Source of the DNA: Bugula neritina
Lineage: Eukaryota; Animalia; Bryozoa
Length of the DNA: 64,000 nt
Direction of reading: 5' to 3'
NCBI GenBank assembly: GCA_964035545.1
Contig: CAXIUT010000073.1
Location: forward strand, 496,001 to 560,000
The notes below the pieces were generated by a model. That model did no database searches, was not told the DNA's origin, and worked only from the letters and a program-made list of their open reading frames with translations. The position numbers and the translations under genes are program-made. Numbering within the stretch: position 1 is the stretch's first letter; every line of letters starts with the position of its first letter. Below, in pieces: positions 24,701-37,900 of this stretch.

Positions 24701-25900
24701 TTATAACTTACCATAAATATACAGTGCTTCACATCTTCACCTTTTTCTGCAATGTTATTTCTTTGCAGTTAGAAGTACTAGCTGAATATGTGACTATGAA
24801 ACATAACCCTTCAATTTCATTGCACCAGCACCAGTTGCAAGATAGGTGTATTGAGAGTTATCTTTCCCAAAATTTTGTTCTTGGTGTTTATACGAAGCAG
24901 ACACAGGCTAATATTAGTTTTGTTATTTGCAAGAGTTTTTCTGTCTGATTGTCCATCAGCAAAAGTTTGCGCCTTGCAGTTATTATGGAAATACCAGTGA
25001 TGCTGGAAGACCTTTGCATTGTACACCCGCCTTGACTATTGAAGTTAGATGTTTTATTTTCCCATCCCCTCTCCCGCCCCCCTGTCCCCTCTAACAACCG
25101 GCAATCCTGACTCATGTGAATTGTGTTATTGTTCTAGAGTTGGCCCATGGGCCTACAGTATACGATTTGAAGCTTTATAGTTTACAGGCAGTCGAGATGA
25201 GTCACTGCTGAAACCCATTTTATTAGTAGACTATATTGCTCTTCAATCATCAGTTTTCATATTAAAACAGAAAGCTCATCTGCAGCGCCATTTCACAGTG
25301 TTATATTTTGCTAGAGCAATAACTAATTTTAGATGCCTTTGCAAACATATGAGAAATAAATGAGTCATTCTATGAAAAGAGGTGTTTGCAGCACTTGTCC
25401 ACTTTTGATTTACACGCGGCATCGAAACTTTTGTAGTTTTAAATAATGTCTCCAAATTCATCACTTGCATGTGTTTAGATACTTGATGAAAATGTTTATG
25501 CAAAATTTGATGCCTGCTTCAAAGACACCAGTGCTTAATTACTGTGTTAACTGTATTGGCACGTTGCCATGAGATATTTGGTAATATTTCGCATCACAAC
25601 AAACTCTTCAGAAAGTTAAGAAAATCAGTCTAGAAAGTTAATGAAATAAACCTACCAGAGAGAGTAAGCCAGATGTAACAAGTAGATCCAAAACAAGTTG
25701 ATTAACAATTGAAGTTGAAGTCTCGATGTAGTCAACACTTTAGTCCTAACGTCAAATGCTAACGTCTGCAACCAAACTGTGAAGACTTCATGAGCTGGTT
25801 AGCTGACAGGACACATTAAAGTTCTTAACTCTTGTGTGTATAGTGATGCCCATCTTGAACTAGAGAGGGCTGACTGAAGACTGCTACTTTGTGAAAATTG
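6706..25900. repeat. HOR block 1: 4-monomer unit (5364 bp; B1-A2-B2-A1), ~3.5 copies, built on an A/B dimer (2682 bp)
   Basis: The gttaCgaa marker occurs at 9527, 14891 and 20255. The tatGtgac marker occurs at 8698, 14062, 19426 and 24790. Both have 5364-bp spacing. A and B monomers strictly alternate, visible as presence or absence of the 84-aa ORF in the track. Confidence 0.93.
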
Positions 25901-28900
25901 ACAATGCATATTATTATTATTCATTGTTGAGATTCACGACTGCCATAAACAATGATAAAATATTCATTGTTGGTACTACTGAGTAGAATAAAATATAATA
26001 TAATATTATTTTCTGGACAGATAAATAATATCAAATGCATATTATAACTTACCATAAATATACAGTGCTTCACATCTTCACCTTTTTCTGCAATGTTATT
26101 TCTTTGCAGTTAGAAGTACTAGCTGAATATATGACTATGAAACATAACCCTTCAATTTCATTGCACCAGCACCAGTTGCAAGATAGGTGTTTTGAGAGTT
26201 ATCTTTCCCAAAATTTTGTTCTTGGTGTTTATACGAAGCAGACACAGGCTAATATTAGTTTTGTTATTTGCAAGAGTTTTTCTGTCTGATTGTCCATCGG
26301 CAAAAGTTTGCGCCTTGCAGTTATTATGAAAATACCAGTGATGCTGGAAGACCTTTGCATTGTACACCCGCCTTTACTATTGAATTTAGATGTTTTATTT
26401 TCCCATCCCCTCTCCTGCCCCCCTGTCCCCTCTAACAACCAGCAATCTTGACTCATGTGAATTGTGTTATTGTTCTAGAGTTGGCCCATGGGCCTACAGT
26501 ATACGATTTGAAGCTTTATAGTTTACAGGCAGTCGAGATGAGTCACTGCTGAAACCCATTTTATTAGTAGACTATATTGCTCTTCAATAATCAGTTTTCA
26601 TATTAAAAGAGAAAGCTCATCTGCAGCGCCATTTCACAGTGTTATGTTTTGCTAGAGCAATAACTACTTTTAGATGCCTTTGCAAACATATGAGAAATAA
26701 ATGAGTCATTCTATGAAAAGAGGTGTTTGCAGCACTTGTCCACTTTTGATTTACATGCGGCATGGAAACTTTTGTAGTTTTAAATAATGTCTCCAAATTC
26801 ATCACTTGCATGTGTTTAGATACTTGATGAAAATTTTTATGCAAAACTTGATGCCTGCTTCAAAGACACCAGTGCTTAATTACTGTGTTAACTGTATTGG
26901 CATGTTGCCATGAGATATTTGGTAATATTTCGCATCACAACAAACTCTTCAGAAAGTTAAGAAAATAAGTCTAGAAAGTTAATGAAATAAACCTACCAGA
27001 GAGAGTAAGCCAGATGTAACAAGTAGATCCAAAACAAGTTGATTAACAATTGAAGTTGAAATCTCCATGTAGTCAACACTTTAGTCCTAATGTCAAATGC
27101 AAGCGTCTGCAACCAAACTGTGTAGACTTCATGAGCTGGTTAGCTGACAGGACTCATTAAAGTTCTTAACTCTTGTGTGTATAGTGATGCCCATCTTGAA
27201 CTAGAGAGGGGTGACTGAAGACTGCTACTTTGTGAAAATTGACAATGCATATTATTATTATTCATTGTTGAGATTCACGACTGCCATAAACAATGATAAA
27301 ATATTCATTGTTGGTACTACTGAGTAGAATAAAATATAATATAATATTATTTTCTGGACAGACAAATAATATCAAATGCATATTATAACTTACCATAAAT
27401 CTACAGTGCTTCACATCTTCACCTTTTTCTGCAATGTTATTTCTTTGCAGTTAGAAGTACTAGCTGAATATATGACTATGAAACATAACCCTTCAATTTC
27501 ATTGCACCAGCACCAGTTGCAAGATAGGTGTGTTGGGAGTTATCTTTCCCAAAACTTTGTTCTTGGTGTTTATACGAAGCAGACACAGGCTAATATTAGT
27601 TTTGTTATTTGCAAGAGTTTTTCTGTCTGATTTTCCATCAGCAAAAGTTTGCGCCTTGCAGTTATTATGAAAATACCAGTGATGCTGGAAGACCTTTGCA
27701 TTGTACACCCGCCTTTACTATTGAATTTAGATGTTTTATTTTCCCATCCCCTCTCCTGCCCCCCTATCCCCTCTAACAACCAGCAATCTTGACTCATGTG
27801 AATTTTGTTATTGTTCTAGAGTTGGCCCATGGGCCTACAGTATACGATTTGAAACTTTATAGTTTACAGGCAGTCGAGATGAGTCAGTGCTGAAACCCAT
27901 TTTATTAGTAGACTATATTGCTCTTCAATAATCAGTTTTCATATTAAAAGAGAAAGCTCATCTGCAGCGCCATTTTACAGTGTTATATTTTGCCAGAGCA
28001 ATAACTAATTTTAGATGCCTTTGCAAACATATGAGAAATAAATGAGTCATTCTATGAAAAGAGGTGTTTGCAGCACTTGTCCACTTTTGATTTACACGCG
28101 GCATGGAAACTTTTGTAGTTTTAAATAATGTCTCCAAATTCATCACTTGCATGTGTTTAGATACTTGATGAAAATTTTTATGCAAAACTTGATGCCTGCT
28201 TCAAAGACACCAGTGCTTAATTACTGTGTTAACTGTATTGGCACGTTGCCATGAGATATTTGGTAATATTTCGCATCACAACAAACTCTTCAGAAAGTTG
28301 AGAAAATCAGTCTAGAAAGTTAATGAAATAAACCTACCAGAGAGAGTAAGCCAGATGTAACAAGTAGATCCAAAACAAGTTGATAAACAATTGAAGTTGA
28401 AGTCTCCATGTAGTCAACACTTTAGTCCTAACGTCAAATGCTAACGTCTGCAACCAAACTGTGAAGACTTCATGAGCTGGTTAGCTGACAGGACACATTA
28501 AAGTTCTTAACTCTTGTGTGTATAGTGATGCCCATCTTGAACTAGAGAGGGCTGACTGAAGACTGCTACTTTGTGAAAATTGACAATGCATATTATTATT
28601 ATTCATTGTTGAGATTCACGACTGCCATAAACAATGATAAAATATTCATTGTTGGTACTACTGAGTAGAATAAAATATAATATAATATTATTTTCTGGAC
28701 AGATAAATAATATCAAATGCATATTATAACTTACCATAAATATACAGTGCTTCACATCTTCACCTTTTTCTGCAATGTTATTTCTTTGCAGTTAGAAGTA
28801 CTAGCTGAATATATGACTATGAAACATAACCCTTCAATTTCATTGCACCAGCACCAGTTGCAAGATAGGTGTTTTGAGAGTTATCTTTCCCAAAATTTTG

Positions 28901-31900
28901 TTCTTGGTGTTTATACGAAGCAGACACAGGCTAATATTAGTTTTGTTATTTGCAAGAGTTTTTCTGTCTGATTGTCCATCGGCAAAAGTTTGCGCCTTGC
29001 AGTTATTATGAAAATACCAGTGATGCTGGAAGACCTTTGCATTGTACACCCGCCTTTACTATTGAATTTAGATGTTTTATTTTCCCATCCCCTCTCCTGC
29101 CCCCCTGTCCCCTCTAACAACCAGCAATCTTGACTCATGTGAATTGTGTTATTGTTCTAGAGTTGGCCCATGGGCCTACAGTATACGATTTGAAGCTTTA
29201 TAGTTTACAGGCAGTCGAGATGAGTCAGTGCTGAAACCCATTTTATTAGTAGACTATATTGCTCTTCAATAATCAGTTTTCATATTAAAAGAGAAAGCTC
29301 ATCTGCAGCGCCATTTTACAGTGTTATATTTTGCCAGAGCAATAACTAATTTTAGATGCCTTTGCAAACATATGAGAAATAAATGAGTCATTCTATGAAA
29401 AGAGGTGTTTGCAGCACTTGTCCACTTTTGATTTACACGCGGCATGGAAACTTTTGTAGTTTTAAATAATGTCTCCAAATTCATCACTTGCATGTGTTTA
29501 GATACTTGATGAAAATTTTTATGCAAAACTTGATGCCTGCTTCAAAGACACCAGTGCTTAATTACTGTGTTAACTGTATTGGCACGTTGCCATGAGATAT
29601 TTGGTAATATTTCGCATCACAACAAACTCTTCAGAAAGTTGAGAAAATCAGTCTAGAAAGTTAATGAAATAAACCTACCAGAGAGAGTAAGCCAGATGTA
29701 ACAAGTAGATCCAAAACAAGTTGATAAACAATTGAAGTTGAAGTCTCCATGTAGTCAACACGTTAGTCCTAATGTCAAATGCAAACGTCTGCAACCAAAC
29801 TGTGTAGACTTCATAAGCTGGTTAGCTGACAGGGGAGATTGAAGTTCTTAACTCTTGTGTGTATAGTGATGCCCATCTTGAACCAGAGATGGCTGACTGA
29901 AGACTGCTACTTTGTGAAAATTGACAATGCATATTATTATTATTCATTGTTGAGATTCACGACTGCCATAAACAATGATAAAATATTCATTGTTGGTACT
30001 ACTGAGTAGAATAAAATATAATATAATATTATTTTCTGGACAGATAAATAATATCAAATGCATATTATAACTTACCATAAATATACAGTGCTTCACATCT
30101 TCACCTTTTTCTGCAATGTTATTTCTTTGCAGTTAGAAGTACTAGCTGAATATATGACTATGAAACATAACCCTTCAATTTCATTGCACCAGCACCAGTT
30201 GCAAGATAGGTGTATTGAGAGTTATCTTTCCCAAAATTTTGTTCTTGGTGTTTATACGAAGCAGACACAGGCTAATATTAGTTTTGTTATTTGCAAGAGT
30301 TTTTCTGTCTGATTGTCCATCAGCAAAAGTTTGCGCCTTGCAGTTATTATGGAAATACCAGTGATGCTGGAAGACCTTTGCATTGTACACCCGCCTTGAC
30401 TATTGAAGTTAGATGTTTTATTTTCCCATCCCCTCTCCCGCCCCCCTGTCCCCTCTAACAACCGGCAATCCTGACTCATGTGAATTGTGTTATTGTTCTA
30501 GAGTTGGCCCATGGGCCTACAGTATACGATTTGAAGCTTTATAGTTTACAGGCAGTCGAGATGAGTCACTGCTGAAACCCATTTTATTAGTAGACTATAT
30601 TGCTCTTCAATCATCAGTTTTCATATTAAAACAGAAAGCTCATCTGCAGCGCCATTTCACAGTGTTATATTTTGCTAGAGCAATAACTAATTTTAGATGC
30701 CTTTGCAAACATATGAGAAATAAATGAGTCATTCTATGAAAAGAGGTGTTTGCAGCACTTGTCCACTTTTGATTTACACGCGGCATCGAAACTTTTGTAG
30801 TTTTAAATAATGTCTCCAAATTCATCACTTGCATGTGTTTAGATACTTGATGAAAATTTTTATGCAAAACTTGATGCCTGCTTCAAAGACACCAGTGCTT
30901 AATTACTGTGTTAACTGTATTGGCACGTTGCCATGAGATATTTGGTAATATTTCGCATCACAACAAACTCTTCAGAAAGTTGAGAAAATCAGTCTAGAAA
31001 GTTAATGAAATAAACCTACCAGAGAGAGTAAGCCAGATGTAACAAGTAGATCCAAAACAAGTTGATAAACAATTGAAGTTGAAGTCTCCATGTAGTCAAC
31101 ACGTTAGTCCTAATGTCAAATGCAAACGTCTGCAACCAAACTGTGTAGACTTCATAAGCTGGTTAGCTGACAGGGGAGATTGAAGTTCTTAACTCTTGTG
31201 TGTATAGTGATGCCCATCTTGAACCAGAGATGGCTGACTGAAGACTGCTACTTTGTGAAAATTGACAATGCATATTATTATTATTCATTGTTGAGATTCA
31301 CGACTGCCATAAACAATGATAAAATATTCATTGTTGGTACTACTGAGTAGAATAAAATATAATATAATATTGTTTTCTGGACAGATAAATAATATCAAAT
31401 GCATATTATAACTTACCATAAATATACAGTGCTTCACATCTTCACCTTTTTCTGCAATGTTATTTCTTTGCAGTTAGAAGTACTAGCTGAATATATGACT
31501 ATGAAACATAACCCTTCAATTTCATTGCACCAGCACCAGTTGCAAGATAGGTGTATTGAGAGTTATCTTTCCCAAAATTTTGTTCTTGGTGTTTATACGA
31601 AGCAGACACAGGCTAATATTAGTTTTGTTATTTGCAAGAGTTTTTCTGTCTGATTGTCCATCAGCAAAAGTTTGCGCCTTGCAGTTATTATGGAAATACC
31701 AGTGATGCTGGAAGACCTTTGCATTGTACACCCGCCTTGACTATTGAAGTTAGATGTTTTATTTTCCCATCCCCTCTCCCGCCCCCCTGTCCCCTCTAAC
31801 AACCGGCAATCCTGACTCATGTGAATTGTGTTATTGTTCTAGAGTTGGCCCATGGGCCTACAGTATACGATTTGAAGCTTTATAGTTTACAGGCAGTCGA

Positions 31901-34900
31901 GATGAGTCACTGCTGAAACCCATTTTATTAGTAGACTATATTGCTCTTCAATCATCAGTTTTCATATTAAAACAGAAAGCTCATCTGCAGCGCCATTTCA
32001 CAGTGTTATATTTTGCTAGAGCAATAACTAATTTTAGATGCCTTTGCAAACATATGAGAAATAAATGAGTCATTCTATGAAAAGAGGTGTTTGCAGCACT
32101 TGTCCACTTTTGATTTACACGCGGCATCGAAACTTTTGTAGTTTTAAATAATGTCTCCAAATTCATCACTTGCATGTGTTTAGATACTTGATGAAAATGT
32201 TTATGCAAAATTTGATGCCTGCTTCAAAGACACCAGTGCTTAATTACTGTGTTAACTGTATTGGCACGTTGCCATGAGATATTTGGTAATATTTCGCATC
32301 ACAACAAACTCTTCAGAAAGTTAAGAAAATCAGTCTAGAAAGTTAATGAAATAAACCTACCAGAGAGAGTAAGCCAGATGTAACAAGTAGATCCAAAACA
32401 AGTTGATTAACAATTGAAGTTGAAGTCTCGATGTAGTCAACACTTTAGTCCTAACGTCAAATGCTAACGTCTGCAACCAAACTGTGAAGACTTCATGAGC
32501 TGGTTAGCTGACAGGACACATTAAAGTTCTTAACTCTTGTGTGTATAGTGATGCCCATCTTGAACTAGAGAGGGCTGACTGAAGACTGCTACTTTGTGAA
32601 AATTGACAATGCATATTATTATTATTCATTGTTGAGATTCACGACTGCCATAAACAATGATAAAATATTCATTGTTGGTACTACTGAGTAGAATAAAATA
32701 TAATATAATATTATTTTCTGGACAGATAAATAATATCAAATGCATATTATAACTTACCATAAATATACAGTGCTTCACATCTTCACCTTTTTCTGCAATG
32801 TTATTTCTTTGCAGTTAGAAGTACTAGCTGAATATATGACTATGAAACATAACCCTTCAATTTCATTGCACCAGCACCAGTTGCAAGATAGGTGTTTTGA
32901 GAGTTATCTTTCCCAAAATTTTGTTCTTGGTGTTTATACGAAGCAGACACAGGCTAATATTAGTTTTGTTATTTGCAAGAGTTTTTCTGTCTGATTGTCC
33001 ATCAGCAAAAGTTTGCGCCTTGCAGTTATTATGGAAATACCAGTGATGCTGGAAGACCTTTGCATTGTACACCCGCCTTTACTATTGAATTTAGATATTT
33101 TATTTTCCCATCCCCTCTCCTGCCCCCCTGTCCCCTCTAACAACCAGCAATCCTGACTCATGTAAATTGTGTTATTGTTCTAGAGTTGGCCCATGGGCCC
33201 ACAGTATACGATTTGAAGCTTTATAGTTTACAGGCAGTCGAGATGAGTCACTGCTGAAACCCATTTTATTAGTAGACTATATTGCTCTTCAATAATCAGT
33301 TTTCATATTAAAAGAGAAAGCTCATCTGCAGCGCCATTTCACAGTGTTATGTTTTGCTAGAGCAATAACTACTTTTAGATGCCTTTGCAAACATATGAGA
33401 AATAAATGAGTCATTCTATGAAAAGAGGTGTTTGCAGCACTTGTCCACTTTTGATTTTCATGCGGCATGGAAACTTTTGTAGTTTTAAATAATGTCTCCA
33501 AATTCATCACTTGCATGTGTTTAGATACTTGATGAAAATTTTTATGCAAAACTTGATGCCTGCTTCAAAGACACCAGTGCTTAATTACTGTGTTAACTGT
33601 ATTGGCACGTTGCTATGAGATATTTGGTAATATTTCGCATCACAACAAACTTTTCAGAAAGTTAAGAAAATCAGTCTAGAAAGTTAATGAAATAAACCTA
33701 CCAGAGAGAGTAAGCCAGATGTAACAAGTAGATCCAAAACAAGTTGATAAACAATTGAAGTTGAAGTCTCCATGTAGTCAACACGTTAGTCCTAATGTCA
33801 AATGCAAACGTCTGCAACCAAACTGTGTAGACTTCATGAGCTGGTTAGCTGACAGGAGAGATTAAAGTTCTTAACTCTTGTGTGTATAGTGATGCCCATC
33901 TTGAACTAGAGATGGCTGACTGAAGACTGCTACTTTGTGAAAATTGACAATGCATATTATTATTATTCATTGTTGAGATTCACGACTGCCATAAACAATG
34001 ATAAAATATTCATTGTTGGTACTACTGAGTAGAATAAAATATAATATAATATTATTTTCTGGACAGATAAATAATATCAAATGCATATTATAACTTACCA
34101 TAAATATACAGTGCTTCACATCTTCACCTTTTTCTGCAATGTTATTTCTTTGCAGTTAGAAGTACTAGCTGAATATATGACTATGAAACATAACCCTTCA
34201 ATTTCATTGCACCAGCACCAGTTGCAAGATAGGTGTGTTGAGAGTTATCTTTCCCAAAATTTTGTTCTTGGTGTTTATACGAAGCAGACACAGGCTAATG
34301 TTAGTTTTGTTATTTGCAAGAGTTTTTCTGTCTGATTGTCCATCAGCAAAAGTTTGCGCCTTGCAGTTATTATGGAAATACCAGTGATGCTGGAAGACCT
34401 TTGCATTGTACACCCGCCTTTACTATTGAATTTAGATATTTTATTTTCCCATCCCCTCTCCTGCCCCCCTGTCCCCTCTAACAACCAGCAATCCTGACTC
34501 ATGTAAATTGTGTTATTGTTCTAGAGTTGGCCCATGGGCCCACAGTATACGATTTGAAGCTTTATAGTTTACAGGCAGTCGAGATGAGTCACTGCTGAAA
34601 CCCATTTTATTAGTAGACTATATTGCTCTTCAATAATCAGTTTTCATATTAAAAGAGAAAGCTCATCTGCAGCGCCATTTCACAGTGTTATGTTTTGCTA
34701 GAGCAATAACTACTTTTAGATGCCTTTGCAAACATATGAGAAATAAATGAGTCATTCTATGAAAAGAGGTGTTTGCAGCACTTGTCCACTTTTGATTTAC
34801 ATGCGGCATGGAAACTTTTGTAGTTTTAAATAATGTCTCCAAATTCATCACTTGCATGTGTTTAGATACTTGATGAAAATTTTTATGCAAAACTTGATGC

Positions 34901-37900
34901 CTGCTTCAAAGACACCAGTGCTTAATTACTGTGTTAACTGTATTGGCATGTTGCCATGAGATATTTGGTAATATTTCGCATCACAACAAACTCTTCAGAA
35001 AGTTAAGAAAATAAGTCTAGAAAGTTAATGAAATAAACCTACCAGAGAGAGTAAGCCAGATGTAACAAGTAGATCCAAAACAAGTTGATTAACAATTGAA
35101 GTTGAAATCTCCATGTAGTCAACACTTTAGTCCTAATGTCAAATGCAAGCGCCTGCAACCAAACTGTGTAGATTTCATGAGCTGGTTAGCTGACAGGACT
35201 CATTAAAGTTCTTAACTCTTGTGTGTATAGTGATGCCCATCTTGAACTAGAGATGGCTGACTGAAGACTGCTACTTTGTGAAAATTGACAATGCATATTA
35301 TTATTATTCATTGTTGAGATTCACGACTGCCATAAACAATGATAAAATATTCATTGTTGGTACTACTGAGTAGAATAAAATATAATATAATATTATTTTC
35401 TGGACAGATAAATAATATCAAATGCATATTATAACTTACCATAAATATACAGTGCTTCACATCTTCACCTTTTTCTGCAATGTTATTTCTTTGCAGTTAG
35501 AAGTACTAGCTGAATATATGACTATGAAACATAACCCTTCAATTTCATTGCACCAGCACCAGTTGCAAGATAGGTGTGTTGAGAGTTATCTTTCCCAAAA
35601 TTTTGTTCTTGGTGTTTATACGAAGCAGACACAGGCTAATGTTAGTTTTGTTATTTGCAAGAGTTTTTCTGTCTGATTGTCCATCAGCAAAAGTTTGCGC
35701 CTTGCAGTTATTATGGAAATACCAGTGATGCTGGAAGACCTTTGCATTGTACACCCGCCTTTACTATTGAATTTAGATGTTTTATTTTCCCATCCCCTCT
35801 CCTGCCCCCCTGTCCCCTCTAACAACCAGCAATCCTGACTCATGTGAATTGTGTTATTGTTCTAGAGTTGGCCCATGGGCCCACAGTATACGATTTGAAG
35901 CTTTATAGTTTACAGGCAGTCGAGATGAGTCACTGCTGAAACCCATTTTATTAGTAGACTATATTGCTCTTCAATAATCAGTTTTCATATTAAAAGAGAA
36001 AGCTCATCTGCAGCGCCATTTCACAGTGTTATGTTTTGCTAGAGCAATAACTACTTTTAGATGCCTTTGCAAACATATGAGAAATAAATGAGTCATTCTA
36101 TGAAAAGAGGTGTTTGCAGCACTTGTCCACTTTTGATTTTCATGCGGCATGGAAACTTTTGTAGTTTTAAATAATGTCTCCAAATTCATCACTTGCATGT
36201 GTTTAGATACTTGATGAAAATTTTTATGCAAAACTTGATGCCCGCTTCAAAGACACCAGTGCTTAATTACTGTGTTAACTGTATTGGCACGTTGCCATGA
36301 GATATTTGGTAATATTTCGCATCACAACAAACTCTTCAGAAAGTTGAGAAAATCAGTCTAGAAAGTTAATGAAATAAACCTACCAGAGAGAGGAAGCCAG
36401 ATGTAACAAGTAGATCCAAAACAAGTTGATAAACAATTGAAGTTGAAGTCTCCATGTAGTCAACACTTTAGTCCTAACGTCAAATTCAAACGTCTGCAAC
36501 CAAACTGTGTAGACTTCATGAGCTGGTTAGCTGACAGGACAGATTAAAGTTCTTAACTCTTGTGTGTATAGTGATGCCCATCTTGAACTAGAGAGGGCTG
36601 ACTGAAGACTGCTACTTTGTGAAAATTGACAATGCATATTATTATTATTCATTGTTGAGATTCACGACTGCCATACACAATGATAAAATATTCATTGTTG
36701 GTACTACTGAGTAGAATAAAATATAATATAATATTATTTTCTGGAAAGATAAATAATATCAAATGCATATTATAACTTACCATAAATCTACAGTGCTTCA
36801 CATCTTCACCTTTTTCTGCAATGTTATTTCTTTGCAGTTAGAAGTACTAGCTGAATATATGACTATGAAACATAACCCTTCAATTTCATTGCACCAGCAC
36901 CAGTTGCAAGATAGGTGTATTGAGAGTTATCTTTCCCAAAATTTTGTTCTTGGTGTTTATACGAAGCAGACACAGGCTAATATTAGTTTTGTTATTTGCA
37001 AGAGTTTTTCTGTCTGATTGTCCATCAGCAAAAGTTTGCGCCTTGCAGTTATTATGGAAATACCAGTGATGCTGGAAGACCTTTGCATTGTACACCCGCC
37101 TTGACTATTGAAGTTAGATGTTTTATTTTCCCATCCCCTCTCCCGCCCCCCTGTCCCCTCTAACAACCGGCAATCCTGACTCATGTGAATTGTGTTATTG
37201 TTCTAGAGTTGGCCCATGGGCCTACAGTATACGATTTGAAGCTTTATAGTTTACAGGCAGTCGAGATGAGTCACTGCTGAAACCCATTTTATTAGTAGAC
37301 TATATTGCTCTTCAATCATCAGTTTTCATATTAAAACAGAAAGCTCATCTGCAGTGCCATTTCACAGTGTTATATTTTGCTAGAGCAATAACTAATTTTA
37401 GATGCCTTTGCAAACATATGAGAAATAAATGAGTCATTCTATGAAAAGAGGTGTTTGCAGCACTTGTCCACTTTTGATTTACACGCGGCATCGAAACTTT
37501 TGTAGTTTTAAATAATGTCTCCAAATTCATCACTTGCATGTGTTTAGATACTTGATGAAAATTTTTATGCAAAACTTGATGCCTGCTTCAAAGACACCAG
37601 TGCTTAATTACTGTGTTAACTGTATTGGCATGTTGCCATGAGATATTTGGTAATATTTCGCATCACAACAAACTCTTCAGAAAGTTAAGAAAATAAGTCT
37701 AGAAAGTTAATGAAATAAACCTACCAGAGAGAGTAAGCCAGATGTAACAAGTAGATCCAAAACAAGTTGATTAACAATTGAAGTTGAAATCTCCATGTAG
37801 TCAACACTTTAGTCCTAATGTCAAATGCAAGCGCCTGCAACCAAACTGTGTAGATTTCATGAGCTGGTTAGCTGACAGGACTCATTAAAGTTCTTAACTC

